Source: Candidatus Methanoperedens sp. (lineage in GTDB: Archaea; Halobacteriota; Methanosarcinia; Methanosarcinales; Methanoperedenaceae). Taken from it: a stretch of 32,000 nucleotides of DNA. The translations under genes were made by a program, and so were the position numbers. The DNA is taken from positions 1 to 32,000 of the forward strand of contig JAPZAR010000031.1 in NCBI GenBank assembly GCA_027460535.1. The letters run 5' to 3'. The notes under the pieces are model-generated. The model did no database searches, was not told the origin of the DNA, and saw nothing but the letters and a program-made list of their open reading frames with translations. Position 1 is the stretch's first letter. Each line of letters starts with the position of its first letter. This document shows positions 8,209 to 17,600 of this stretch, piece after piece.

Positions 8209-8477
8209 ATGGATATATTTGATGTATTGACAGCTATCTCGGAAAGAAGACCTTCATGCATAGCGGTACGAACGAACATGAAGCTATGATGAAAGCTATA
8301 CTTGATATATCCAGAGAATACCACATACCACTGCTTGATATCAAGAAGTTGGTAGGAGAGAGAGATCCATCCCGGACTGAAGCCAGCAGGCATCAGCGAC
8401 TCTTTTTCCAAATGTTTTCCCCATCTTCTGGAGCTGCTGAGCATCGACCTACTAAGGCGTTGAGGCTTTTGGATTAA
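8209..8477 (+). pseudogene. Frameshifted paralog of the 52-aa ORF at 28499..28657
   Basis: MDIFDVLTAISERR (frame 1, from 8209) then MHSGTNEHEAMMKAILDISREYHIPLLDIKKLV (track ORF 8256..8477, a different frame). Together these align with the intact MDIFDVLSAISKRKKAFMHSGINEQEALMKAQADVSKDYHIPLFDIKKLLRS. A 4-nt length difference lies near 8245-8256, and the stop is lost. Confidence 0.55.
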
Positions 8478-8523
8478 AAAATAAATTAAAATAGTAAATA
8501 AAATTAAAAAGATGTGAATAAAC

Positions 8524-9609
8524 ATGGTTAAGAAAACTGAAGAAAGAAAAGATATAAAAGAAGAAAAGAAGGATATTTTCAAGACATGGGCTGACAGCTA
8601 CACAGCCGTTTCAAAAATGTGGGAGGATTCCTACATAAAGCTATACAAGCCCTGGCTCGAATCCACAGGAGAGCTATTTGAGAAGGCGGCTCTACTCCCG
8701 AAGGATGCTGCACCAAAGCAATATAAGGAATTTTATGACGAATGGGTGAAAACATACCAGAATACCTTTGGTGATTTTTATCCGATCCCGACTCTGAAAT
8801 CCAATAAAGAGACACTCGAGAGACTGCTGATCGGTGCAGAGGAATCGAATAAGCTCTACAGGTCATGGATTGCCAGGTTAGAGGAGAATTCCCAGAAGAC
8901 AAGAGAGGTACTTAAAGGCGAACCTGATCCTGTAAAATATAAAGAAGCCTATGATCTATGGATAAAATCGTACGGAAAAATATTCGATGAGCTTCTTGAA
9001 CTGCCAGCCCGGGAAAATATAAAAAATCTCTTCGAAAATTACACAGGCATACCCGATTTCTACTCTGAGACATTTTTACAGATATCAAAACTATGGAAAA
9101 ATTCGTATGCGAAACTCTACGAGCCGTGGATGGCGTCTGTATCGAAACTTTCTGAGAAAGCAGCAGAAATCTCCAAGGGAGGAGCAAGTCCCGAAGCTTA
9201 TAAGGAATTTTATACACTATGGCAGGTTACATATCAGGAGACCTACGGCAAGTTGTTTGATTTCCGATCGCAGCCTTCAAAGGAAGTATTTGAGAATTTC
9301 GCATTGAGTGCAAACATTTATCTGAACCTTTACAAGTCCTGGATAGCTGCACTTGAAAACCTGTCTGAAAAGGCTGAGGAGCTATCAAAACGAACTGCTG
9401 ATCCAGAGGCGTCTAAAGAATTTTATAATTTATGGGTAAGGATGTATGAAAAGGCTTTTGACAGCTTCTTTGAGGACACTCCTGCGGTCGGACCAATGAA
9501 AGAGATTCTGGAGCCCGTAAAGAATGCAGCTAAGATATATGCAGACACATTTACCAAGATTTCCAAGATGTGGGTGAAATCATATTCAAGCTCTGCAAGC
9601 CAGGCTTAA
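8524..9609 (+). CDS. PHA-granule-associated (phasin-like) protein built from 4-5 tandem PhaE-N-terminal-like modules
   Basis: 361 aa with a recurring W..SY.KLY.PW...........P..YKEFY..W...Y...F motif. The last module (EFYNLWVRMYEKAFDSFFEDTPAVGPM) parallels PhaE EFFDLWLRTYNATMGRLVEMPALGPT. The gene sits immediately upstream of phaE-phaC. Confidence 0.65.
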   Translation: MVKKTEERKDIKEEKKDIFKTWADSYTAVSKMWEDSYIKLYKPWLESTGELFEKAALLPKDAAPKQYKEFYDEWVKTYQNTFGDFYPIPTLKSNKETLERLLIGAEESNKLYRSWIARLEENSQKTREVLKGEPDPVKYKEAYDLWIKSYGKIFDELLELPARENIKNLFENYTGIPDFYSETFLQISKLWKNSYAKLYEPWMASVSKLSEKAAEISKGGASPEAYKEFYTLWQVTYQETYGKLFDFRSQPSKEVFENFALSANIYLNLYKSWIAALENLSEKAEELSKRTADPEASKEFYNLWVRMYEKAFDSFFEDTPAVGPMKEILEPVKNAAKIYADTFTKISKMWVKSYSSSASQA

Positions 9610-9611
9610 AT

Positions 9612-10160
9612 ATGGAAAAATCCAGTTTCGAATCCACCCAGGAATTTTTTGACCTGTGGTTAAGGACATACAATGCCACAATGGGCAGGCTCGTCGAGAT
9701 GCCTGCCCTTGGTCCAACACGTGAGAAATCTGAAAAAATGATGAAGGGTTTCTCTACCTTTATCAACCTTTATACTGCAGGGATGGATTCCAATTTCAAT
9801 TTCCAGAGTATATTTACAGAAGCAATGCGCAGAGTGCGTGAAAAGACTGCAACTGATATGGAAGGGGAAATCACCCCTGAGAAATATAAGGATTTTTACA
9901 AGATCTGGATTGAAACTTACAGCGAGACCTTCAGGGAATTCCTGAAATCAGGTCATTTTGCGTCGGACATGGGGAAATTGAATTCGTATTTAATAGAATT
10001 TCAAAAATACAACAGGGAAATGCTTGAAGAGAATTATCTGAAACCTATGAATCTCCCTACAAAGACGGATATCGACGAGATCAACAAAGAGTTGTATTCT
10101 CTAAAGAAAACAGTAAAAGAACTGACCAGCCAGATCAAAGAACTAAAAGAGAAAAAATAG
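9612..10160 (+). CDS. phaE: Class III PHA synthase subunit PhaE
   Basis: The likely start is the ATG at 9612, 2 nt after the upstream stop; the track start 9570 overlaps the upstream gene. The N-terminal W..TY....G...E.PALGP motif and the C-terminal LPTKTDIDEINKELYSLKK coiled tail are typical of PhaE. The gene is adjacent to phaC. Confidence 0.75.
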   Translation: MEKSSFESTQEFFDLWLRTYNATMGRLVEMPALGPTREKSEKMMKGFSTFINLYTAGMDSNFNFQSIFTEAMRRVREKTATDMEGEITPEKYKDFYKIWIETYSETFREFLKSGHFASDMGKLNSYLIEFQKYNREMLEENYLKPMNLPTKTDIDEINKELYSLKKTVKELTSQIKELKEKK

Positions 10161-10181
10161 GTTTTTGGGTGATGAGATACC

Positions 10182-11339
10182 ATGAACGCACTTAATTTAA
10201 TAGGAGATTATGAGAAATTCAAACATGGGGTGGAACTATTCCTGGAGCCCCCCGATTTTTCGGTTGGAACCACGCCTTCAGAGATAATATTTCGCGAAGA
10301 TAAGATGAAACTTATCCATTATATCCCGATCGTAGAAAAAACATATCCAGTTCCAATACTCATAGTGTACGCACTTGTGAACCGGTACTATATTCTGGAT
10401 CTCCAGCCAGATAAAAGTGTGATAAAGAAGCTGCTGGATGAGGGTTTTGATGTCTATATCATTGATTGGGGGTATCCCTCGGGCGCAGACAGATATCTTA
10501 CAATCGACGATTATGTGATCGGTTATGTAAATAATGCAGTGGATAAGATTCGAGAACGGTCTGGATTGGATAAGATCACGCTGCTCGGTGTATGCCAGGG
10601 AGGAACCTTTTCTGTGATGTACGCTGCACTGCACCCAGAAAAAGTAAAGAACCTGATCACTTTAGTGGCCCCCATAAACTTTGATACAGATAAAGGACTT
10701 CTTCATATCTGGGCAAAGAGCTTAGACGTGGACAAAATCGTGGACTATTATGGAATTGTTCCAGGAGATTTCCTTAATGGGGGATTCTTGCTCACAGACC
10801 CATTCAGGCTTATGATTGACAAGTATGTAGGCCTGCTTGAGAGAATTGAATGTGAACCTGGTGATGCTGCATGCGAGCTTCGCAATGAAGAAACTGTCAG
10901 CAACTTTTTGAGAATGGAAAAATGGATATTCGACAGCCCAGGACAGGCGGGTGAGGCCATCAGGCAGTTCGTCAAAGACTGCTACCAGAAGAACTTGCTC
11001 ATTAAAAACAAGATGGTGATCGATGGAAAGGAGATTAATTTGAAAGAGATCTCCATGCCACTGCTTAATATCATGGCGGAATTTGACCATTTAGTTCCCA
11101 ATGAAGCAAGTAAACCACTGAATGATGCGGTATCAAGTTCTGATAAAGAAATGCTTGTTTTTCCGACAGGGCATATAGGTATATTTGTGGGTTCAAAATC
11201 CCAGAAAGTGGTTTGTCCTAAGATTACTGAGTGGTTAAAACCAAGGTCCCTTGATGGAAGCGAGAAGAGAAGTTTGAACAAATCGAGGAAAAGAAATTCA
11301 AACAAAAAGGAAAGAGTCGCAAGGCAAGGAGGAGTATAA
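10182..11339 (+). CDS. phaC: Class III poly(3-hydroxyalkanoate) synthase catalytic subunit PhaC
   Basis: Alpha/beta hydrolase with the lipase-box variant G-V-C-Q-G-G (Cys codon at 10593-10595). Candidate Asp (EFDHLVP) and His (PTGHIGIFVGS) complete the triad. The size of about 355 aa plus a basic tail fits class III. Confidence 0.85.
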   Translation: MNALNLIGDYEKFKHGVELFLEPPDFSVGTTPSEIIFREDKMKLIHYIPIVEKTYPVPILIVYALVNRYYILDLQPDKSVIKKLLDEGFDVYIIDWGYPSGADRYLTIDDYVIGYVNNAVDKIRERSGLDKITLLGVCQGGTFSVMYAALHPEKVKNLITLVAPINFDTDKGLLHIWAKSLDVDKIVDYYGIVPGDFLNGGFLLTDPFRLMIDKYVGLLERIECEPGDAACELRNEETVSNFLRMEKWIFDSPGQAGEAIRQFVKDCYQKNLLIKNKMVIDGKEINLKEISMPLLNIMAEFDHLVPNEASKPLNDAVSSSDKEMLVFPTGHIGIFVGSKSQKVVCPKITEWLKPRSLDGSEKRSLNKSRKRNSNKKERVARQGGV

Positions 11340-11340
11340 A

Positions 11341-12078
11341 ATGAGACTTGAAAATAAGGTTGCAATTATTACTGGGGCAGGAAGCGGTATTGGTAAAGAG
11401 ACTGCACTCCTGTTTGCAAAAGAAGGAGCTAACGTTGTTGTCGCCGATGTAAATGAAAAGGCTGGTGAGGAGACAGTGGCAGAGATCAAGAAAAATGGAG
11501 AGGCATTTTTTGCTAAACTGGATGTAACCAACAGGGAACAATCAAAACAGATGGTTAAAACTACTCTGGAAAAATATGGTAGAATAGATGTTTTGATAAA
11601 TAATGCAGGCATTGTTCAGGATGCCCTCGTAACAAAAATGACAGAGGAACAGTGGGACAGGGTTATTAATATCAATCTTAAAGGGCCTTTTAATTGTATC
11701 CAGGCTGTGGTTGAAGCTATGATCAATCAAGGAAGTGGTGCAATTATCAATACATCTTCCATCGTCGGACTGAATGGCAATGTCGGGCAGACCAACTATG
11801 CTTCAACCAAAGCCGGTCTAATTGGCATGACAAAGACCCTGGCAAAGGAACTTGGGAAAAAGGGGATAAGGGTCAATGCAGTGGCACCTGGATTTATAAT
11901 GACTCCAATGACCTCAAATGTACCTGAAAAAATACTTGAAATGATGAGAGAAAAAACTCCACTGCGCAGGCTGGGTGAACCAAAAGATGTTGCACATGCA
12001 TATTTATATCTTGCTTCAGAAGAGGCGAGGTTTGTTACCGGTGCGGTGCTTTGCGTTGATGGAGGACTCATAATATAG
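11341..12078 (+). CDS. fabG: Short-chain dehydrogenase/reductase, FabG/PhaB-like (candidate acetoacetyl-CoA reductase)
   Basis: TGAGSGIG Rossmann motif, NNAG, and a S...Y..SK catalytic set. The start lies 1 nt after the phaC stop. Confidence 0.8.
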   Translation: MRLENKVAIITGAGSGIGKETALLFAKEGANVVVADVNEKAGEETVAEIKKNGEAFFAKLDVTNREQSKQMVKTTLEKYGRIDVLINNAGIVQDALVTKMTEEQWDRVININLKGPFNCIQAVVEAMINQGSGAIINTSSIVGLNGNVGQTNYASTKAGLIGMTKTLAKELGKKGIRVNAVAPGFIMTPMTSNVPEKILEMMREKTPLRRLGEPKDVAHAYLYLASEEARFVTGAVLCVDGGLII

Positions 12079-12087
12079 GTGAGAAGT

Positions 12088-13266
12088 ATGAATAATGTAG
12101 TTATTGTATCGGCAACAAGAGCCGCAGTCGGGAAATTCGGGGGAATTCTTAAGGATTTTAGCCCAGGACAGCTTGGTTCTGTTGTATTGAAAGATGCCTT
12201 GAAAAGGGGTAATGTTGAATCAAATGACGTTGATGAGGTAATCCTGGGAAATGTTCTTTCAGCAGGTCATGGTCAGAATGTGGCAAGGCAGGCTGCAATC
12301 GGAGCGGGGATTCCAAAAGAGATACCCTCCTATTGCGTGAACAAAGTATGCGGCTCGGGTTTGAAGTCAGTCGTTCTGGGGGCACAATCTATCATGCTCG
12401 GTGATGCAGATGTTGTTCTGGCAGGCGGCGTCGAGTCCATGTCCATGGCTCCGTATGCGCTGAAAAAAAACCGCTGGGGAGCAAAGATGGGAAACGATGA
12501 AGTTGTGGATTTGATGATATATGATGGGCTGTGGGATATTTTCAACAATTACCATATGGGTATAACAGCAGAGAACGTAGCGGAAAAATATAATGTTACA
12601 CGGGAAGAACAGGATGAATTCTCGGCACAAAGCCAGAATAAAGCAGAGGCTGCTATCAAGGCAGGCAAGTTTAAAGAGGAGATTATTCCAGTAGAAGTTC
12701 CCCAGCCAAAAGGCGAGCCTGTGTTCTTTGATACAGATGAGTTTCCCAGATTCGGCACAACGAAAGAGATACTTGCAAAATTAAAACCTGCATTTAAAAA
12801 GAACGGGACAGTAACTGCGGGGAACGCATCAGGAATTAACGATGGAGCCGCTGCGGTTCTTTTGATGTCTGAAGAAAAGGCAAAAGATAAAGGACTTGAG
12901 CCTCTGGCGACTATCAAAAGCTACGGGTTAGGCGGCGTGCCTCCGGAAATAATGGGCATTGGGCCTATTGATGCAAGTAAAAAAGCTCTACAGCGTGCCA
13001 ATATCTCCGCAGGTGAGCTTGACCTGATAGAACTCAATGAAGCCTTTGCAGCGCAGAGCATCGCTGTTATCAGAGAACTGGGTTTTAATCCAGAACATGT
13101 TAACGTTAACGGCGGCGCTATAGCCCTGGGGCATCCCATAGGAGCAAGCGGTGCAAGGATATTGGTTACTCTTCTCTATGAATTAAGGAGAAGGAAAGGC
13201 ACATACGGCCTTGCTGCACTCTGTATCGGAGGTGGGCAGGGTATTGCTATGGTGGTAAAGAGGTGA
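12088..13266 (+). CDS. phaA: Acetyl-CoA acetyltransferase (bacterial-type thiolase II, PhaA/AtoB-like)
   Basis: VVIVSATR...[11 protein letters not shown] (nucleophilic Cys), [31 protein letters not shown]. The ATG at 12088 is preferred; a GTG at 12079 is the alternative. Confidence 0.9.
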   Translation: MNNVVIVSATRAAVGKFGGILKDFSPGQLGSVVLKDALKRGNVESNDVDEVILGNVLSAGHGQNVARQAAIGAGIPKEIPSYCVNKVCGSGLKSVVLGAQSIMLGDADVVLAGGVESMSMAPYALKKNRWGAKMGNDEVVDLMIYDGLWDIFNNYHMGITAENVAEKYNVTREEQDEFSAQSQNKAEAAIKAGKFKEEIIPVEVPQPKGEPVFFDTDEFPRFGTTKEILAKLKPAFKKNGTVTAGNASGINDGAAAVLLMSEEKAKDKGLEPLATIKSYGLGGVPPEIMGIGPIDASKKALQRANISAGELDLIELNEAFAAQSIAVIRELGFNPEHVNVNGGAIALGHPIGASGARILVTLLYELRRRKGTYGLAALCIGGGQGIAMVVKR

Positions 13267-13270
13267 TATT

Positions 13271-14125
13271 ATGAACATGAATGGAAAAAAATTGGAAGGA
13301 AAAGTTGCTCTGGTCACTGGAGGCTCAAGAGGAATCGGGCGGGCGATTGCCTTGCGGCTTGCGGAAGACGGCGCTGACGTTGTTATCAACTATCAGAACA
13401 CAAGAGAGCATGCCGAGAAGGTATCAAAGCTGATTGACCAGATTGGCATGGCAGATGAACTTGAAAAATTAACCATAAAGATAAACCACATGGATAATAA
13501 AGAGCAAGCAAAGGAAATATCAAAGTTAATAGAGGCTATCGGAAGGCACTCTTATGTATACCAGGCAAACGTCAGTAATCTTGAGCAGGTAAACAGGATG
13601 CGGGACGAAGTGATCGGGCAGTTCGGGAAAATAGACATTCTGGTTAATAACGCAGGAATAGTCAGGGATAAATCTTTTGTCAAAATGACTCCTGATATGT
13701 GGGGAGATGTTATGTCGGTGAACCTGGATGGAACCTTCTACTGCACCAAAGCATTCATAGAAGGAATGCTGGAAAGGAAATATGGCAGGATTGTGAACAT
13801 TTCATCGGTTGTGGGAAGAATGGGCAATTTCGGCCAGGCGAACTATACAGCTTCAAAGGCAGGCATGATAGGTCTTACAAAAGCACTGGCAAAGGAGTTT
13901 GCTGGCAAGGGTATAACTGTAAATGCAATAGCCCCGGGATTTATAGATACTGATATGGTAAAAGGGGTTCCTGATGAAATAATCGAAAAGATTCTTGCCA
14001 AAATACCACTTGGAAGACTGGGGAAGGCATCCGAGGTCGCAGGTGCGGTGGCCTACTTGGCATCACTGGACGGGGATTACATAACAGGTCAGGTGATAGA
14101 TATAAATGGGGGACTTTATATCTGA
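13271..14125 (+). CDS. fabG: Second FabG/PhaB-like SDR reductase, with an internal insertion of about 33 aa
   Basis: TGGSRGIG, NNAG, S...Y.ASK and PGFIDTDM motifs. The extra segment lies between beta2 and beta3 (see finding). Confidence 0.8.
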   Translation: MNMNGKKLEGKVALVTGGSRGIGRAIALRLAEDGADVVINYQNTREHAEKVSKLIDQIGMADELEKLTIKINHMDNKEQAKEISKLIEAIGRHSYVYQANVSNLEQVNRMRDEVIGQFGKIDILVNNAGIVRDKSFVKMTPDMWGDVMSVNLDGTFYCTKAFIEGMLERKYGRIVNISSVVGRMGNFGQANYTASKAGMIGLTKALAKEFAGKGITVNAIAPGFIDTDMVKGVPDEIIEKILAKIPLGRLGKASEVAGAVAYLASLDGDYITGQVIDINGGLYI

Positions 14126-14142
14126 GTGAAGGGTTCCCATAA

Positions 14143-14148
14143 TTTTTT
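14143..14148 (+). terminator. Oligo-T tract 18 nt after the last PHA-operon stop (possible archaeal terminator)
   Basis: A tttttt run sits directly downstream of 14125. Archaeal RNA polymerase terminates at T tracts. Confidence 0.3.
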
Positions 14149-14326
14149 GCATTGGTGGGGTTAGAGGATTTTTGGCCATGGAAGGAAGGAGATATGAAAA
14201 TAGCTATTGCGATAATCTCGATGAACTGGTGAGAAGGTGAACTTTAAAAGTCTGAAGCAAGCACGAGTGCAAGTGCACTATAGAAATATTATTAACACTA
14301 TGTAGGGATTTGAACAAAAAAAAGGA

Positions 14327-14399
14327 CGTCCGGACCGGGATTTGAACCCGGGTCGGGGGCTCGACAGGCCCTCATGATAGGCCGCTACACTATCCGGAC
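14327..14399 (-). tRNA. tRNA-Asp (anticodon GUC)
   Basis: Reverse complement GTCCGGATAGTGTAGCGGCCTATCATGAGGGCCTGTCGAGCCCCCGACCCGGGTTCAAATCCCGGTCCGGACG. Anticodon loop CTGTCGA. 73 nt. Confidence 0.85.
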
Positions 14400-14522
14400 T
14401 TTGCAGGGATTCGCTTAAATGGTTTTTTCGCATTTAAGCCTTTTGTTAAATGCAGGATTTTTGGGAGTCCAGCTTTAATAACGATAATCTTATGAGGAAT
14501 AGATACTATCAGACAAAAGAAA

Positions 14523-14596
14523 GGGCTCGTGGTCTAGTCGGCTATGACGTCGCTCTCACACAGCGGAGATCCTGAGTTCGATTCTCAGCGGGCCCA
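14523..14596 (+). tRNA. tRNA-Val (anticodon CAC)
   Basis: GGGCTCGTGGTCTAGTCGGCTATGACGTCGCTCTCACACAGCGGAGATCCTGAGTTCGATTCTCAGCGGGCCCA. Anticodon loop CTCACAC. 74 nt. Confidence 0.85.
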
Positions 14597-14603
14597 TACA
14601 AGT

Positions 14604-17600
14604 TCATTTTCGAACCAGCTTTGAAATCGAGTATAATCTCCACAAAGGCTTTGAATAGAAAAGGTATGCTGCCGTTAATCCGGTTATTAAAGCAAGTATG
14701 ACTGAACCAAGTACGTTGTGGATGACCTTCTTTATGTCGGATACCATTGATTTCTCAGTTATCGTAAAATTTACAGGATAGAACTCCCCCCAATTATTGT
14801 TCCTCTCCATAGCATGTATATAAATTACATGTGCTCCGACTGAAATATTAGTTGTATTTATCTCTGCTGTAACATCCTCTACCTGCGAGTCATATGTACC
14901 ATTTATCAGGCCAAGCGGTGTTCCATTCCCGGAAGTGCCCATTCTATCCATAAAATACTCGGCTGCCCTTATTTTCATCTTATAACCTGCCATTGCCCTC
15001 GCAGTCAGTTTTAACTTTTCGCCTTTGACAGCTTCGATATTATCCAGAGCCGCCTCCCTTATCACCGGTGAAACCAGAAATCTTTTTAGATTGTGTGATT
15101 GCAGGATGTGACAGGATTCGCAATTCTGTTCCAGCGCATGTGGCTCGTCGCTGATATTTATTGCCCCAAAATTTGGATTTTCCTGATAGATGTGACAGGA
15201 TTTGCAAGATCTTGGTGTAGTGTATGTTGGAACATGCGACTGCGGCTCTTGGCTGTCCAAAGTGTGGCATGCCCAGCATGCTTTATCAATCGAATCCGAC
15301 AAAAGGGTATCAATGGATGCATTTCCGTTCAATCTGTCGTGCTTTCCTAATCTTGATGAAACTGCATCAAAATTAGGAATATTAAGTTTTCTTGATGTAT
15401 CATGGCAGTTAACGCAATCAGCCCACATCCTTTGATCGGTATACAGGTTCGGTATGTGAAGATTTTCCGGTACTTTCCCCACTATGAAGGTATCATTGGG
15501 AAAAAGCCAGCTGCTATTATACCCAAAAGCTGTGGTGTTGGCGGTAGTTTTCATTATCGAGGGTGAAATCGCCAGCACGTCCTTAAGTATTACGAAATTT
15601 GGATTTGCCTGAACAACTGACGTAAGGTTTGCGCTGAAAATTGTTACATTGATATCTTGGTATCCTTTATATCTGATTGGACGGGTATAACTAAACTCAG
15701 AACCGCTGGTAACTGCCCAATCCTCGACAACGCTATTGTTAATCATTAAAGCCAGCAATGCCTGTTTGCTATCAGTACTAACGTCATTAAGTTTCAGAGA
15801 AATGTTCTCTCCAAGGTTCCACGTTTCCCCCACCTTTAGATATTTCTGTAACGAGGGAGAGGGAAGGAATGTCCCAAAATCGGTGTTGATCTGGTTTAAA
15901 ACATAATCGTCGCCATTATAGTATATCTTACTTTTATTTTCAGATATGAAATCAACGAATACATTGGTGAAATATATGATATCATTATTGGGGTTTTCTT
16001 CTAGATCTCTGTCAATAACCAGATACCGTTGTTTTTCTGGAGAATACCGGTACAGATGACAGGCAAAGCACGCAGTGCTGTTGGTTTCTGCATGGACTCT
16101 AGCTGTCCTGAATCCACTGAACTGAATGAGGCTTTGATTTGCGCCTTTGAATATTGATGTTATATTCAGGATAATAATAGGCATCTTGAACGTTCCATTG
16201 TCTATAGTAGTATATTCCTCATAGTTATATTGAGAGCCAACACCTATTGAGAATTCATCTACAATACTATAGTTCTTTAAAAGCTGAATTAAAGCCTCAC
16301 TCCTTTCTGAGGAGATCTCCACCACTTTCAAAGAATATCCATTACCGAGATATACGCTCTCTCCCTCAAAAGCTGTTAGTTTATTTCGTTCTTTTTCAAG
16401 TTCAATAAGCGAGGTTGTATTCTTGTATATTAAAGTTGCATTGCCCCAGGCTTCACTATTGTTTTTAACCAGATGGCAATAGGTGCACTTGAAAGAATCA
16501 ATTAAATTATCTGTCGACGCGTAATGTGATGTAAGAGCCAGATCCGTATTATTATCCGTTATCACCAGACTGTTTAGATGGCAGATTTGGCATTGTACTG
16601 AAGTGGTTATATTATAATTTGTAGCATTATTTTGATTACCATTTAGGCTTGCATTCTGGAAATGCGAATAAACCATAGGCTCTTGATAGGGGGATTGTGA
16701 GAGTGAATGGCAGTCATTGTTGTTACAGTTTTTTGGAGTTTTGTAATTTAGTGGATGCCCACCTGCAGGCTGTGCATTCTCACTTCCATCCCCATCTCCA
16801 TGGCAAGCCCAGCAGCGGAGATTGTTGCTGTTTAAAGAAGTTATAGCATTTGCATTCAGAGTCCTATGTACCGCTTTATCGTCATTGGCGGCTGAAAAAT
16901 TAACATGGTATGGCGCAGCTCCTCCAATATCGTGACAGCTAATGCAATTTTTGTTACCCCCTAAACCCATGGTACTATCGTGGAAAGTTGGAGGAGTTCC
17001 GCCGCCGCGCACATGGCAGCCATAGCATTCTGTGCTGGCTGTAAATGGAGTATGGTTCAAGGCAACAAAGGAGATTCTGGGATCATTTGGTGCCCCCCAT
17101 ATACTATTTCCACTGTTATTGTAATGGCAAAAGGCGCAATCCTTTGATTGGATAAGGTTATTGGTTGTTCCATAATGAGATACCCGGTCAAATATGTTAA
17201 AATAAGAGGCATTCGTATCTACACTGTTGCTATGGCAGGTAGTACAGCTCGTGGATATGTTAATGTCTTTACCATTTTGTATGTGCTCGCTAACCAAAGG
17301 TGCATTGAAAAGATTGCTGACATGACAATCTGAACACATTTTTACCAGGCTTAGATCTATTGGATGGATTTTTGGAGGAGTGCCATCCCAGTGGCAGGCA
17401 TAACAAGCATAGTTCAAATCATTTACATTGTTCACTCGTCCATGCATACTGTTATTTAAGGAAGTAAGATTTACGTATGGCATCCCCGCCAAAATAGTCC
17501 CATGACAATCAATGCAGTTTTCAAACCCTGCCATTGCGGCAGGCATCAGGTTTATAGTGATAAATAGGAGCAGACTGAAAATTATAGATCTGTTATTTAT

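Noticed and set aside
8082-8582. 166-aa minus-strand ORF spanning the 7913 and 8256 loci and the PHA promoter
   Set aside because: It is a low-complexity F/S/L/I-rich translation of AT-rich DNA. The + strand carries an RBS-led ORF and a sequence paralogous to the intact 52-aa gene, and this ORF would overlap the phasin start.
14305-14315. tRNA T-arm-like fragment gggatttgaac 12 nt beyond the 3' end of tRNA-Asp, considered as an att-site duplication from an integrated element
   Set aside because: The identity covers only 11 nt and the fragment is immediately adjacent rather than at a distal element boundary. No integrase is nearby.
14413-14439. Perfect 9-bp inverted repeat gcttaaatg-N9-catttaagc between the divergent tRNA-Asp and tRNA-Val genes
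   Set aside because: It is most simply the TATA-like promoter region of tRNA-Asp, which happens to be palindromic. There is no further evidence of function.
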